Of a stretch of 20,968 nt of DNA, positions 20,953-20,968 are shown one piece after another; the stretch's first letter is position 1; each line of letters begins with the position of its first letter. The DNA lies in the NCBI GenBank assembly GCA_030141605.1, contig JAQGDQ010001925.1, positions 1 through 20,968 on the forward strand, given 5' to 3'. The notes below the pieces were generated by a model, which did no database searches, was not told where the DNA came from, and was given only the letters and a program-made list of their open reading frames with translations. This DNA is from Tubiluchus corallicola (taxonomy: Eukaryota > Animalia > Priapulida). The translations under genes and the position numbers were made by a program.

Positions 20953-20968
20953 ATTATGATTAGAAATT

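Noticed and set aside
20730-20963. Metallothionein-like gene
   Set aside because: Non-ATG start, repeats nearly identical at the DNA level, and no gene structure.

Overview
AT-rich animal (probably invertebrate) genomic DNA, not prokaryotic. Two spliced genes lie head-to-head. Rab35 is on the minus strand (coding exons 7234-7183, 4725-4675 and 121-<1; it runs off the window start). A complete six-exon ABHD11/YbfF-like mitochondrial alpha/beta hydrolase is on the plus strand (9001-9128, 14043-14184, 14455-14628, 16044-16214, 17586-17770, 19837-19984; 948 nt, 315 aa plus stop). The introns and the 1.77-kb intergenic gap are packed with transposon material: several hAT MITEs with 8-bp TSDs, Tc1/pogo-like MITEs, a young 5'-truncated RTE LINE with a 12-bp TSD, L2/Crack-like, RTEX-like and older LINE relics, tRNA-derived SINE heads, a solo LTR, and mini- and microsatellites. 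Most short ORFs in the track are spurious. I see no new multi-gene system. The most notable signals are (1) a solo LTR in Rab35 intron 1, sense to the gene, with clustered heat-shock elements just upstream of a TATA box; (2) a nested-TE block copied between Rab35 introns 1 and 2; (3) a microhomology-flanked templated insertion; (4) a TE nest between the two divergent genes whose limits nearly coincide with a candidate 5'-UTR intron; and (5) tandem in-frame splice donors in ABHD11. All calls were made by eye; no searches were run.
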